Positions 39,618 to 51,001 of a DNA stretch of 64,000 bases are shown in pieces. The DNA comes from Lingula anatina. Lineage: Eukaryota > Animalia > Brachiopoda. Below the pieces are notes generated by a model that was not told where the DNA came from, searched no databases, and saw nothing but the letters and a program-made list of their open reading frames with translations. Location of the stretch: the NCBI GenBank assembly GCA_051362555.1, contig CM120641.1:45514401-45578400 (forward strand), given 5' to 3'. How positions within the stretch are numbered: position 1 is the stretch's first letter; each line of letters starts with the position of its first letter. The position numbers and the translations under genes are program-made.

Positions 39618-40328
39618 TCGTCAGTACGATAACAGGTAAAGCTGTCAACAATTTAATTTGCTATTTTGGACAATTGACCTCTCTGAAAGTTTTTTTCTCG
39701 TTTTCATTGCTTTCAAGATTATACCATCAATACTTGGCTCAGGACAAGTTGGACCGGCGTGTATAAGTTTATCTTGTTACAACTTACATGTATGGCCTTT
39801 CGAAACAACTTTAAACTACATGTATTGAAGGAAACGTATAGAAACATCAATATATGTGCCTCATATGGAGTACAAAGCAGATTCTCTAAATCAATTTTAA
39901 TTAAAAAATATTATAAAATGCGCGAAAATATATTTAAGCCCTCTGCATGGGTTGCTACGTTATTAAAGAATAGGGTGCCAACTTGCCCCAACCGTTGCAG
40001 TTTGCTCCACCTCGGGACAAATTGGCCAACCTGACATTGCTGGCATTCAGTAGATGGTAAAATTATGCAAAATAAACTAATGACTGCATTTGTATTTAAA
40101 GCTGATGCAATTATTTAAAGCTGAGACATAAAAGCATATCAGAAATCTTTATTTTAATTAGTAAAGGCTTAGAGAGACGTTGTGGCAATATAAAACCTAT
40201 AGATACATAAAATTTCCAGTAATTTTTATTTTGAAAACAGAATCGCCTCTGCTTCATGTGTAAAATTTGCATAATCAAGATGTTGCTTTTGCCCTTCATT
40301 TTTTCTTTTCGAGACTCTAGTGATAAAC

Positions 40329-41924
40329 TCACGCCTTTTTGGATTTTTTACTAAAGAATACAAATCTAAGTACTTTCCAAACAATGACTAAAGGCAAAAA
40401 GCAAGCTAAATAATATAAACAACTTGCTGCAGCTTTGTAAGCAATGACATCCATTAGATAATACTGATACCAGTTCAGACCGTAAGCAGCCTGAGAGTGA
40501 AAGTGAAGAGTTCCATTGTATCGTATAACATACTTAATCCAATACAACAGTTCCTCCTGTCCCGACATTGGGGTGTCTTGTAGAAGTTTGGACATCTTAA
40601 TCGCGTTCTCTTTATACGATTTGTCACTTAGGACCTTGAGAATAGTACTTTCTAATTCTTCTTCGTTCAGGGTGCCAAAGCTTATAATTTCACCCATTTT
40701 CGCACGCTCCTTCAATTTCCTTGCGTGATGGTGTTGATCCCAAAGAAGTGGAATTGCAACCACAGGAACTGCATGGTACAGCGTCTCCCACGTGCTGCTT
40801 ACTCCACAGTGGGTGATGAACAGTTTGGTGTTAGGGTGGGCAAGAAGGTCATTCTGTGGCAGCCATTCTACCAGGTGTGTGTTCCTTCCCAAAGACTTAG
40901 GAGGAACACCTCGGTAACGCCAGATAACAGTCTGTGAGAGCTTGGAAAATACTCTGGCAAAATTCTCCGCCTTTTCAATACTGAACGTCGGCACAAGTGT
41001 TCCAAAACTCATTACAATGACTCCATTAGTGGCAGCAGTTACAATATTGTGGAATTCTTTCGGCAACGGCTTAGGCGGTGTCCAAAGAAGTCCAGAAATT
41101 GGTATTACGTGGGGCATGACAGGTCGCGGGTAGTCAAACGCAAAGTTGACGTTGGCGGCAATCATTAGAGACACTCGTTCATATGAGTGCTTAGCATGTG
41201 GCCAGTTGTTGTTTGGAAGATGCTTTGCTTTCATTTTTTCAATATGAGCTATTCTATCACTGCTCCATTGTTCCATATCCAGCATCATGTCGGTATTTTG
41301 CACTCTTTCCCAAAATGTCATGTTATCGGAGAAGTCACTGAGCATGTATGGCGTATAAGAATAAATTGTTGGCTGCTTGAATACAAACCAAACTTCGTAA
41401 AACCCAAAATTTGAATAAGCAATGGAAGGAATGCGAAGATATTCATTCAAAATAGGACCGGAGCCAACGTTGCCAAAGTCAAAGAATAACAGATCAAACT
41501 TTTCTTCTTTCAGTCTATTCAAGATGTCTTTGCTACCAAGAAGAACATCAGAGAGGGTGTAGTCTAAGTTATCCATTTCTCTAATGAATGGCAACGCATC
41601 TTTTTCGATGTAATAAAGCGTCCTATTCAAGTCCATTTCTCCTCCCTTATTGATCTGCAGTTCAGGCATTTCGTACCTGATTAGGTTGACGCCATCTATA
41701 TTCCTTTTAGGTGCATAGTGGTGAGAGACCAACATGGTGACGTGGAAGTCGTGGTCCCTCAACATGACAGCAATCTTTTCCAAATTCATGGTCCTCGAAT
41801 TGTAAACATTCGTATAAGGAAAGATCAATATCTTCTTTTTGCCAACGCTGTTGCATGTTTGAGGTACATTCAATAGTAGAAAAACAAACCAAAGAACAGC
41901 AAAATCAGTCGAGAGAAAAGACAT
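40329..41924 (-). CDS. UDP-glycosyltransferase copy F, 531 aa, intronless
   Basis: Signal peptide from ATG 41924; full UGT signature; TM and KSKKA tail; N-terminal half nearly identical to copy A. Confidence 0.93.
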   Translation of the reverse strand: MSFLSTDFAVLWFVFLLLNVPQTCNSVGKKKILIFPYTNVYNSRTMNLEKIAVMLRDHDFHVTMLVSHHYAPKRNIDGVNLIRYEMPELQINKGGEMDLNRTLYYIEKDALPFIREMDNLDYTLSDVLLGSKDILNRLKEEKFDLLFFDFGNVGSGPILNEYLRIPSIAYSNFGFYEVWFVFKQPTIYSYTPYMLSDFSDNMTFWERVQNTDMMLDMEQWSSDRIAHIEKMKAKHLPNNNWPHAKHSYERVSLMIAANVNFAFDYPRPVMPHVIPISGLLWTPPKPLPKEFHNIVTAATNGVIVMSFGTLVPTFSIEKAENFARVFSKLSQTVIWRYRGVPPKSLGRNTHLVEWLPQNDLLAHPNTKLFITHCGVSSTWETLYHAVPVVAIPLLWDQHHHARKLKERAKMGEIISFGTLNEEELESTILKVLSDKSYKENAIKMSKLLQDTPMSGQEELLYWIKYVIRYNGTLHFHSQAAYGLNWYQYYLMDVIAYKAAASCLYYLACFLPLVIVWKVLRFVFFSKKSKKA

Positions 41925-42395
41925 TTTAAATCTACAGTCACGGTTGCCCACTGTTAAGTGGTTACTTTGCTTGTCTCACTTACAGCTGTACGGGTGCAGG
42001 TGTAAGGTTAATCACCGATAAAGATAAGGTTTGCATGAGACATGTGAAACTCTTTGTACACGTACACGTCGATGACCGATGGCGCAAGGCAATTGTTAAG
42101 AAGCAAAAGCAAGACAAACTGTATTTATTGGAAAGTTCTTTTTAAAAAGTTCACTAGCCGTTATTTTATTTACTTATCTATTTTTTATGGTGCTATGTGC
42201 AGATAAATAAATATCTTTTGTTTAATACACGATCATTTCTCTGCTGATATGTCCAACTGGGTCCATCCCAGCAAACAAAGCGTTATTATAACGTTACCAT
42301 AATGCTTATTTATTTGCCGGGATCAGACCAACTGGACTACTGTGCGCTTGGGACAGGACGCGAAGTAGGTTTGAACAAGGTCCAAAGTAGATTAA

Positions 42396-43227
42396 GTGTG
42401 TGTCCATGATAAGACCAGTCAGAGGGTGGCAAGGTGGGGGTCAACAGATTTCAACCTAATTCATAATATAGTTGCACACATAGGAGATATTCACACTGAA
42501 GGCAACAATCCCAAAAGAAATCATTGGATATAATTATAATATATCAGCTTCGGTCAATAAAGTCACTTCATAAGCAAATATGTCAAAACTGATGACTTTT
42601 TAAAATAAATTGATAATTTACCTATTTAAACCAGCCATTTGCCATTGAGAATATGTTACTTAATTTCAGATTAACCCACAAACTAACGAGCCACGCCCAT
42701 TTTTATAACCCCACCCCCCAAACTCACTTTTCTACCAAGCAGTGTTCAAGCATTCATATCTCTCTTTTAGCAGGGTTGACAGCCATAAAATTGTATAGGG
42801 ATCCTGAGCATATATTGGTCTCATCATACAAAATTTTAAAAGTGTGTTAAACACAACAGAAGATATTGAACAAGTGCCTCAAACTTTAGCAATTTTAGCA
42901 GAAAACCAAACGACCGAAATCAAGATATCAGTACATTTTGGGATAATAACTTCCAATGATCAAATTTAATCAAAGACTCACAGCCAGGAATTCAAACAAT
43001 GCTTTGATAAAGGCAAATCTATCCAATTTTTATAAATACAAGATGGCTGCCATCAATTCTGTCCCAAAATACAGTTACCGTAATTCCTCAAAATAATCAA
43101 GAGGCCCAATTTTGCAGGTTTTTTTATTTTGAGATCTGTAATACAGGATTGCTCAGATAATATTATTTTCAAACAGAACCATACAACTTCTGAATAAATT
43201 TAAATTATTAGTGACAAGTTATTCAAC

Positions 43228-43258
<31 letters not shown>

Positions 43259-45167
43259 ATTTAATGAGTTATTACTGTGCATATCCAATGTCATCAGCAT
43301 TGTGTATAATATTATACCTTATTTTCAGGGAGCAAGAGAGAAAAATAAAAAAAATCACAAAGCATTTTTCTAAAGGCAAAAGGGAATGACTGTCTCATTT
43401 TATCAGTTTTCTCAAGTGCAACACTAATTAATCGGCTTGAAATGATTCATATTGCATTTTTCCACCATTCTTTTTCCCTTCAAATGATTCATAGGTTTTG
43501 TAAATACATGTGATATCTTGAAATCTATATTCTTTTTCTATAAAGAAAATTAAAACATAGTCAGCAACATACAATGACAGGAGGAGTGCTTTATTTTCAT
43601 ATTATCAACTGGACAGTAAAAGAACAAAGCAGTAACTTTTCACAGGAGTGAAATCAAGTTATGAATCTCCAAGGTTCCAATATCACGGTCATCTTTTCCA
43701 TATACTGAACACAACAGTGATGGGTAGTGTTCCAGAGATTTTTATCTTATAGCTGATTGATCCCCAAGTTTCTTCTTCTGGTTGAGAGATCTAGTGTCTC
43801 CTTAGACAGTAATGATAATTCAGCAATCTTAGAATAAGTGTGGTAACTTGAAGCAACATGCCACTATAGTTTAGTGTGACTGAACTGTCAGTTGTCAATA
43901 TTTGTCAATCCAATGGTGCCAATCCTCCTTTCCTACAAAACTGATTGAGATTGCCAAGCCTAAGATGCACATTTGTTATGGGGGATTGTCCCAAGGTGGC
44001 TGTAAGTCCAATAAAGGTTCGCCAGGATATCCACTACTGCGTCTACCTGAAGATGGCAGGACAGGCTGTCAAAAGAAAATGTATTAAACATATTTTAAAC
44101 TTATGTTAATTGCTGTATAAAAACAATGACTAAATAATATACTGATCAAACATATTGCATAAGTAAAAACAATGATTGAAAATGAAATCAAATATGCATG
44201 ATGTAGCTACCAGAATTTCATGATAGAAAGACATAGTTGGTACTCACATCTGAATCTGATGAATTTGCCTGTGCAATTTTAGGTGACTCTTCTATTATTA
44301 TCTGTAAGATTGTCCAGGTCAAGGTTCACATCCAGGCCTAGGATGTAAAATCTGAAAAATAAACATAACATCAATAAATGTTTTACAACAACAGAGACTT
44401 ACTTTGTTCAAAATAGAAACTATCGTAGCAGGATCAATCTATCTCAGCGGAGTATCACACTCAGGCTCAGTCGTTGTAATCAGCTTAATTGTCTGGCACG
44501 CCCCCTTGCAAAGCAACATGAACAACATAATGGACCGCAAAGTTTTCCTGATTTTACTAAAGTACTTTTAGTTGTAGAAGTGCTCTGTGTAATATGTAAG
44601 TCTTGAAAATTGAAGCACAGTGTGTTACAAAGTCACATAAAGCTAAGTCGTTAACTTCAACTTCATTGTAAACACACATAAATCTGCATATGAAACTAAA
44701 ATATAAAAATCTGGCACAAGTAACATCCCCTAAAATTCCAAAACTTGAAACTGAATGTGTGTTACTTAGTACATACCTTTGATTCTGGGTGAGAAATTTC
44801 TAATGAAGCTGTCTACAAGCTGTCTCTTAACTGTTTGTGTTATGATAACACACGTAGCAAAGCCCTAGAATTTAATGAACAAATATACTTTATAAGTTAG
44901 ATACACAGTTTATTCTTTTCTGCAGACATATTTACCATGAAATAGACATCAAGTAAAATTCTATGAATTGAAATATACCAGTACATCTTTTAATTCTGCT
45001 TAATATTCTTTATATTACTTAAAAATATTCAAACTTATAATTTAAACTGGTTTGAGTTTTTAGTGTATCTGATTCTAGTATATGTATGCCACCACTGGCC
45101 AACAACAGGGTAGGTTATTACTACATAGAATACAGTACCTGAAATAGTGACAGAACCGACTTTGTCT

Positions 45168-45220
<53 letters not shown>

Positions 45221-46256
45221 CACTTACCTTACAACAAACATCCAGAGCTAAATCGATGAGCTGGATATATTGAGGAACCCAAGCCTGACAACAGTCTGAA
45301 GTGGTTCAACAAAAAAATGAACATTCTAAGGACGACCAGCTGCTATGGTCATTTCTTGTGATATTCTGGTGCACACCAATCCTTCTGAGATGTACCACAG
45401 CATCTCTAGTGCGTGTTCTTCATAAAATTAAGAAAGCATTATGTTTTAACACTGTAAAGACGATGTGCTTTGCTCCACAGTTGCTCCGGTGATAATCCTA
45501 GTACCCGCCATGTTGAAAATAGGTCACAGAGTTAGCATTGTTATTTTACATTTAGTTTCTACAACATAAACAAATTAAAAAATGTATTTTTGCTTCATAA
45601 GTTTGTCTGCAGGGCAAACATGATTATTTTAAGGGCTTTTCACAAACCTATACATGGTTTTGACTTATTAATTTAGTTGAAGAAACAGATTAGCATTTCA
45701 GTAGTATAAAAATATTCGTTTTTAGGCCCTTTTTAAAATTGTTATAGTTCTAATTTTACAAGGTTTAACACAGATTTTATTTCACAAAATTTATTTTTCA
45801 ACCCTTTTCTATCAGCACATACCAAAATTATATGGATACAACCTGCAAAAAAGAAGAAGTGTGCATTTAAAGAAGGGGAGGGGGTCAAGCATACAGAAAA
45901 CATGCCTTATTAGAATCAACCTTGTGTGGTCATGACAGTGCCCTTTCGAAAAATCTGTACTGGGTTTTAAAGGTCTTTCCTTAACCCATCATATGGCTTA
46001 CCTAAATAATTCCTTATGATGTACAAGATTTTTTTAAATATTTTTTTTCAAGAGCTAAAAAATGCTAAATTTTGGCAAAATTGCGGATAAAAGACCTTCC
46101 CCCATATCTCTAAAACCAATGATCCAAAATAAGAAAGCCAGTGGCTCACAATATCTTTTATGTTGATGGTTTACCAAACCAAAAATTATTAAAATCTGCT
46201 GACCCCCACATTGCCGCCTTCTGACCGATCTGTCTGACTTTCTCATGGACGCGCTC
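42396..46256. mobile_element. 3.86-kb Sola3-like DNA transposon (degenerate/non-autonomous) inserted in the F-G divergent promoter
   Basis: TTAA on both sides; right end ...atggacgcgCTC; imperfect TIRs (gtgtgtgtccatgataaga...ggtggggtcaacagatt versus gagcgcgtccatgagaaag...tgtgggggtcagcagatt). The flanks rejoin to match the empty site ggattaatagtcg at ~32593. Degenerate minus-strand exon-like segments inside. Confidence 0.7.
45171..45216. repeat. (TA)n microsatellite
   Basis: Direct observation. Confidence 0.95.
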
Positions 46257-46366
46257 TTAATAGTAGTTTATTAAACCTAATTAGGTTCCCGTCATTACAC
46301 TAAAGATTATAGCTTTCCACATGAAAGTCTTCGGGTTATTTCACAAAGAGCGTGCTTTCTAAAATT

Positions 46367-46655
46367 CAGGGGCGTAATCAGACCTTTTAAAATTGTACGC
46401 TCAGATTTTCAAAATTCCCAGGTACAGCCAAATGTACAGAAGAAGGGCACATTATATGTGCCAAATATCACAGCTAAGTTTTCACCAGTAATAAATTGTT
46501 AAAGTCGTAATAAAGCGATTTAGTTAAGTTCAAGTATATTATTTCACCCAGAACCAAGGCTTTTTTAAGGATTGGGGATACAGGCCGTCCAAAATTGCCA
46601 TCTGAAGACGTCCAACTTTTAAAAGTGCATTGAGCGTGGTGGTGGTGGTGGTGGT

Positions 46656-46695
<40 letters not shown>

Positions 46696-46770
46696 TGTAA
46701 AAATTAAATGAAAAAAATATTTTTAAAATTTCAAATTTCAAAGGGGAAGGGGACTGCTACATGTAGTTTA
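46367..46770. mobile_element. hAT-like MITE remnant with poly-G, upstream of UGT G
   Basis: Begins caggggcgtaatcag; interrupts the promoter homology seen at ~32700; right end degenerate. Confidence 0.5.
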
Positions 46771-46970
46771 ATTAGCATGGGAAAAAGGTACCTGCTGTGA
46801 ACAAGCGATTCCCTTCTGACATGTGCCCCTTATCTTTATCTATATAGGCTCTCCAATACCACGTATCAAAACACATGCATGTAGCCGTCTCAGCAAACTC
46901 CACAAAAGGAAAAATACCCCATCAGAATAACCGTCTAACAAGGTACTGTGGGTGTGCGGTATTTTTAAAC

Positions 46971-48548
46971 ATGTCCTTTTTTCGTTTAGGTTTGATATTT
47001 CTGTTGATGTATGTTGCTCATACTTGTAGTGCTGGCAAACAGAAGATACTGATTTTTCCTTTTTCAAATATCTATAACTCGAGGACCATGAATTTAGAGA
47101 AGATCGCTGTCATGTTGAGGGACCACGACTTTCACGTCACCATGTTGGTCTCTCACCACTATTCACCTAAAAGGAATATAGATGGCGTCAACTTGATCAG
47201 GTACAAAATGCCTCAACTACAAATTAATAAGGGGGGAGAATTGGACCTGAACAGTTCACTTCATTACATCGAGAAAGATGTGGTGCCATTTCTTAGGCAA
47301 ATAGATGAGATGGACTTTACACTCTGCGAGGTTCTTCTTAGCAGCAAAGACATATTGAATAGACTGAAAGAAGAAAAGTTTGATCTGTTGTTCTTTGACT
47401 TTGGCAATGTTGGCTCAGGTCCTATTTTGAATGAATATCTTGGCATTCCTTCCATCGCTTATTCTAATTTTGGATTTATGGAAACTTGGACTATATTCAA
47501 ACAGCCCACGTTTAATTCTTATACGCCTGGTATATACAGCTCCTTCTCTGATAAAATGACATTTTGGGAAAGAGTGCAAAATACAGACATGATACTTGAC
47601 ATTGAAAGTTGGGCCAGCGATAGAATAGATCATATTGAAAAAATGAAGGCCAAGTACCTGCCCAACAACAACTGGCCACATGCTAAGCACTCATATGAAC
47701 GAGTGTCTCTGATGATTGCCGCCAACGTCAATTTTGCGTTTGACTTCCCGCGACCTGTCATGCCTCACGTGATACCCATCTCTGGACTTCTTTGGACACC
47801 GCCTAAGACGTTGCCGAAAGAATTCATCAATATTGTAACATCTGCCACTAATGGAGTTATTGTGATGAGTTTTGGGACACTTGTGCCGACTTTCAGTATT
47901 GAAAAGGCGGAGATTTTGGCCAGAGTGTTTTCCAAGCTCTCACAGACTGTCATCTGGCGTTACCAAGGTGCTTCTCCTAAGTCTTTGGGAAGGAACACAC
48001 ACCTGGTAGAATGGCTGCCACAGAATGATCTTCTTGCCCATCCTAACATCAAACTGTTCATCACCCACTGTGGAGTAAGCAGCACATGGGAGACCCTCTA
48101 CCATGCAGTTCCTGTGGTTGCAATTCCACTTCTTTGGGACCAACACCAACACGCAAGGAAATTGAAGGAACGTGCGAGAATGGGTGAAATTATAAGCTTC
48201 GGTACCCTAAATGAAGAAGAATTAGAAAGTACTATTCTCAAGGTCTTAAGTGACAAATCGTATAAAGAGAACGCGGTTAAGATGTCTAAACTTCTACAAG
48301 ACGCCCCAATGTCGGGACAGGAGGAACTGTTGTATTGGATTAAGTATGTAATAAGACACAATGGAACTCTTCACTTTCACTCTCATGCTGCTTACAATCT
48401 GAACTGGTATCAGTATTACCTATTGGATGTCATTGCTTACAAAACTGCAGCGAGATGTTTGTATTATTTCGTTTACCTTCTTCCAGTAGTAATTCTTTGG
48501 AAAGTACTTAAAGTTCTGTTCATTCGTGAAAAACCTAAACACGCCTGA
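46971..48548 (+). CDS. UDP-glycosyltransferase copy G, 525 aa, intronless
   Basis: Signal peptide from ATG 46971; UGT signature; TM and KPKHA tail. Confidence 0.93.
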   Translation: MSFFRLGLIFLLMYVAHTCSAGKQKILIFPFSNIYNSRTMNLEKIAVMLRDHDFHVTMLVSHHYSPKRNIDGVNLIRYKMPQLQINKGGELDLNSSLHYIEKDVVPFLRQIDEMDFTLCEVLLSSKDILNRLKEEKFDLLFFDFGNVGSGPILNEYLGIPSIAYSNFGFMETWTIFKQPTFNSYTPGIYSSFSDKMTFWERVQNTDMILDIESWASDRIDHIEKMKAKYLPNNNWPHAKHSYERVSLMIAANVNFAFDFPRPVMPHVIPISGLLWTPPKTLPKEFINIVTSATNGVIVMSFGTLVPTFSIEKAEILARVFSKLSQTVIWRYQGASPKSLGRNTHLVEWLPQNDLLAHPNIKLFITHCGVSSTWETLYHAVPVVAIPLLWDQHQHARKLKERARMGEIISFGTLNEEELESTILKVLSDKSYKENAVKMSKLLQDAPMSGQEELLYWIKYVIRHNGTLHFHSHAAYNLNWYQYYLLDVIAYKTAARCLYYFVYLLPVVILWKVLKVLFIREKPKHA

Positions 48549-49280
48549 CTTCATTATTGCGCCCTTGAAAAGTAAAAGATTTAGAGGCCAAAACGTCATT
48601 TAAAATGATGAATCATTTAGTCTGCACATCACTGTTAGCCCATTACCTGTATCAGAACGGGGCAGTTGAAATTGTTAGTTTCATTTGAGAGAGACTGAGC
48701 TAATAAATTATTAACATAATTAGTAAATAGATTGAAAATGAAGAAGAATGAAGATGTTGATAATACGTTAGCAATTAAACATCGGTGGATTTTCATTTAT
48801 TCATTTGTCGTGTCAGTTAGTGCACAGAATTTAAACATTTCTTAAAATGAAGCCAACGAAGACCAAGAAAATTACTAGAATAACCGAAGACATATTAGGG
48901 TAACCGTCAAATTTGAAATGTTACATGATACATTCAAGCACCTCTGTCATTGCCATACAATTTGTGATATTTTTTAACAAAAGAAGAACGATCAAGATAA
49001 AACTTTGACAAAAAAAAAAAAAAAAGAAAAAACAATGATAGAGCAAATTTTTTATCTGTATTCCGCCATTCCAAGGTGAGCAGCTGGTGGAGAACTGCAA
49101 ATCAAGTAGACACCTTTCTATTCATTCTGCTATCTTTGCGATGACTCCACATTTTAGTAGGTACAAGTTTGTGCCCTGGCGGAGTGATAAGTTTATTATA
49201 AAGTCATGAAACTATCTACCGATGTCAATAACCATGTGCCCTTTAAAGAGGATGACACTTATACGATATGCCAAGTTGCA

Positions 49281-49560
49281 AAACGCGGTTAAGATGTCTA
49301 AACTTCTACAAGACACCCCAATGTCGGGACAGGAAGAACTGTTGTATTGGATTAAGTATGTTATACGACACAATGGAACTCTTCACTTTCACTCTCAGGC
49401 TGCTTACGGTCTGAACTGGTATCAGTATTATCTATTGGATGTCATTGCTTACAAAGCTGTAGTGAGTTGTTTGTATTATTTTGTTTTTCTTCTTACCGCA
49501 GTTATTCTTTGGAGTGTGCTTAAATTTGTGTTCATTCGTGAAAAACCCAAAAATGCGTAA
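49281..49560 (+). pseudogene. UGT C-terminal fragment H (frame intact)
   Basis: NAVKMSKLLQ...REKPKNA*; same junction as fragment E. Confidence 0.8.
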
Positions 49561-49983
49561 TTTCATAATTGCACAGTTAGTACTTTAGTTTGGATTAAAA
49601 AGACAAATCGACTTGAAAACAAACAGCCAAAACTATGGCCATTATGAAATCAACTTTGAATAATGTACGAAAAGTAATTATATCCTTTAATTATGAATAT
49701 TCAAAGTCTGTACTTAGTGGAATATATAGTTGGGCATTGCCTGTCACACATTGTCTTACTCGTATTTCTAATTTGCTGCAAACCACTACGGTGTCTAATT
49801 TAGTTGTCAGAATGAAAAGAACTGTGAATTTTCATTAGTTTTAATAACATAGTCAGCAAGATATAGATATCTTCATATTTTTGTTCGTCATAAACCAGCT
49901 ACATGCACCGTGCTTATGCAACCTACTGATTTGTGTCCTAACTCGGTCAATCACGGTCAGTAAAGATAAGGTTTGTACTTTAA

Positions 49984-50241
49984 GGGCTCATTCCCCATTG
50001 AAACTATGGGTCTAGGTAGATCAATCCAGCTCCGCGAGGACTCTCGCACAAATACAATTAGTTTAAGAGATTAACATGTCTCCTCCTGTTTCTAACGTAC
50101 TCGTGTGATCACCAGCTTTTCTGTTTTCTGCTCAACGCCGGAAGGAGGCGTGTTAGTCTGTTAAACTGATTGCATTCAACGAGATTCCCCACAGAATTGG
50201 ATCGAACTACGTAGACCAATAGTTTCAATGGGAATGAGCCC
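49984..50241. mobile_element. PIF/Harbinger-type foldback MITE
   Basis: Long imperfect TIR gggctcattccccattgaaactat / atagtttcaatgggaatgagccc; TAA TSD. Confidence 0.85.
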
Positions 50242-50417
50242 TAAGACAGGGACGCATGCTCTTCCTTGATAAATACGTGTCACAAGGCAACATACACAGC
50301 CAAGCAAACTGAACTGATTGGAAAGAGTTGAGAAAAAAATTTTCGGAATAATGCATCTTCATTATTTATTTTAAGTGTATGTAGTTTAACAAATATGTTC
50401 TGAAAACGAACATACAT

Positions 50418-50590
50418 CAGGCCAGTATCCGGGGGGAGGGGGGGGAGGGGGGGTCGAAAGAACCGCCCCTTTTGCTGGGAAAAGGTCCACTCTGGGTAAA
50501 ATTTGATCTAGGTACATGAAGTTTTTATGGGAAAATATCCACTTTTTCAGAAAAAGAAACCCCCTTTTGAAATTGCTGGCTACGGGCCTG
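50418..50590. mobile_element. hAT-like MITE upstream of UGT I
   Basis: Ends caggccagtatcc / ggctacgggcctg; 5-bp TSD tacat. Confidence 0.75.
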
Positions 50591-51001
50591 TACATGAAGC
50601 CACCTGTGCCCATCAGGTCAACTGGACTCCTGTATGACTTGGATTGGCCGGGAACTAAGTTTGAAATAGGTCCAATATACCCCATAAGTTAAAAGTCGTT
50701 TACAAAACCTAATAAGGTTTCCCGACAATTACATAGGTTTCCTGTCTACATGATGAACTAACATGCTAGTGCAAACTCTGAGATCATTTCATGAAACATA
50801 AGCTTTCTAAAGTGAGCGTGTGAAAAAATACCTGTAATTGAACGCGCGATTCATTCATGAAATGGGTACCTTATCGTTATCTTTATTTACTGCCAAACAT
50901 CAAGAATCAAAGTGCAGAATCGTATTGACGCACTACGAGAGGCAAAAAACCCTTCTGACGACCGTCCAACGGGGCACTGTGACTGTGCGGTATTCTTAAA
51001 C

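Noticed and set aside
34200-49540. Units D-E and G-H as uncollapsed haplotypes rather than true duplicates
   Set aside because: The 3' flanks are nearly identical, but the N-terminal halves, TE insertions and deletion scars differ, which favours real duplication. Not fully excluded without read depth or long reads.
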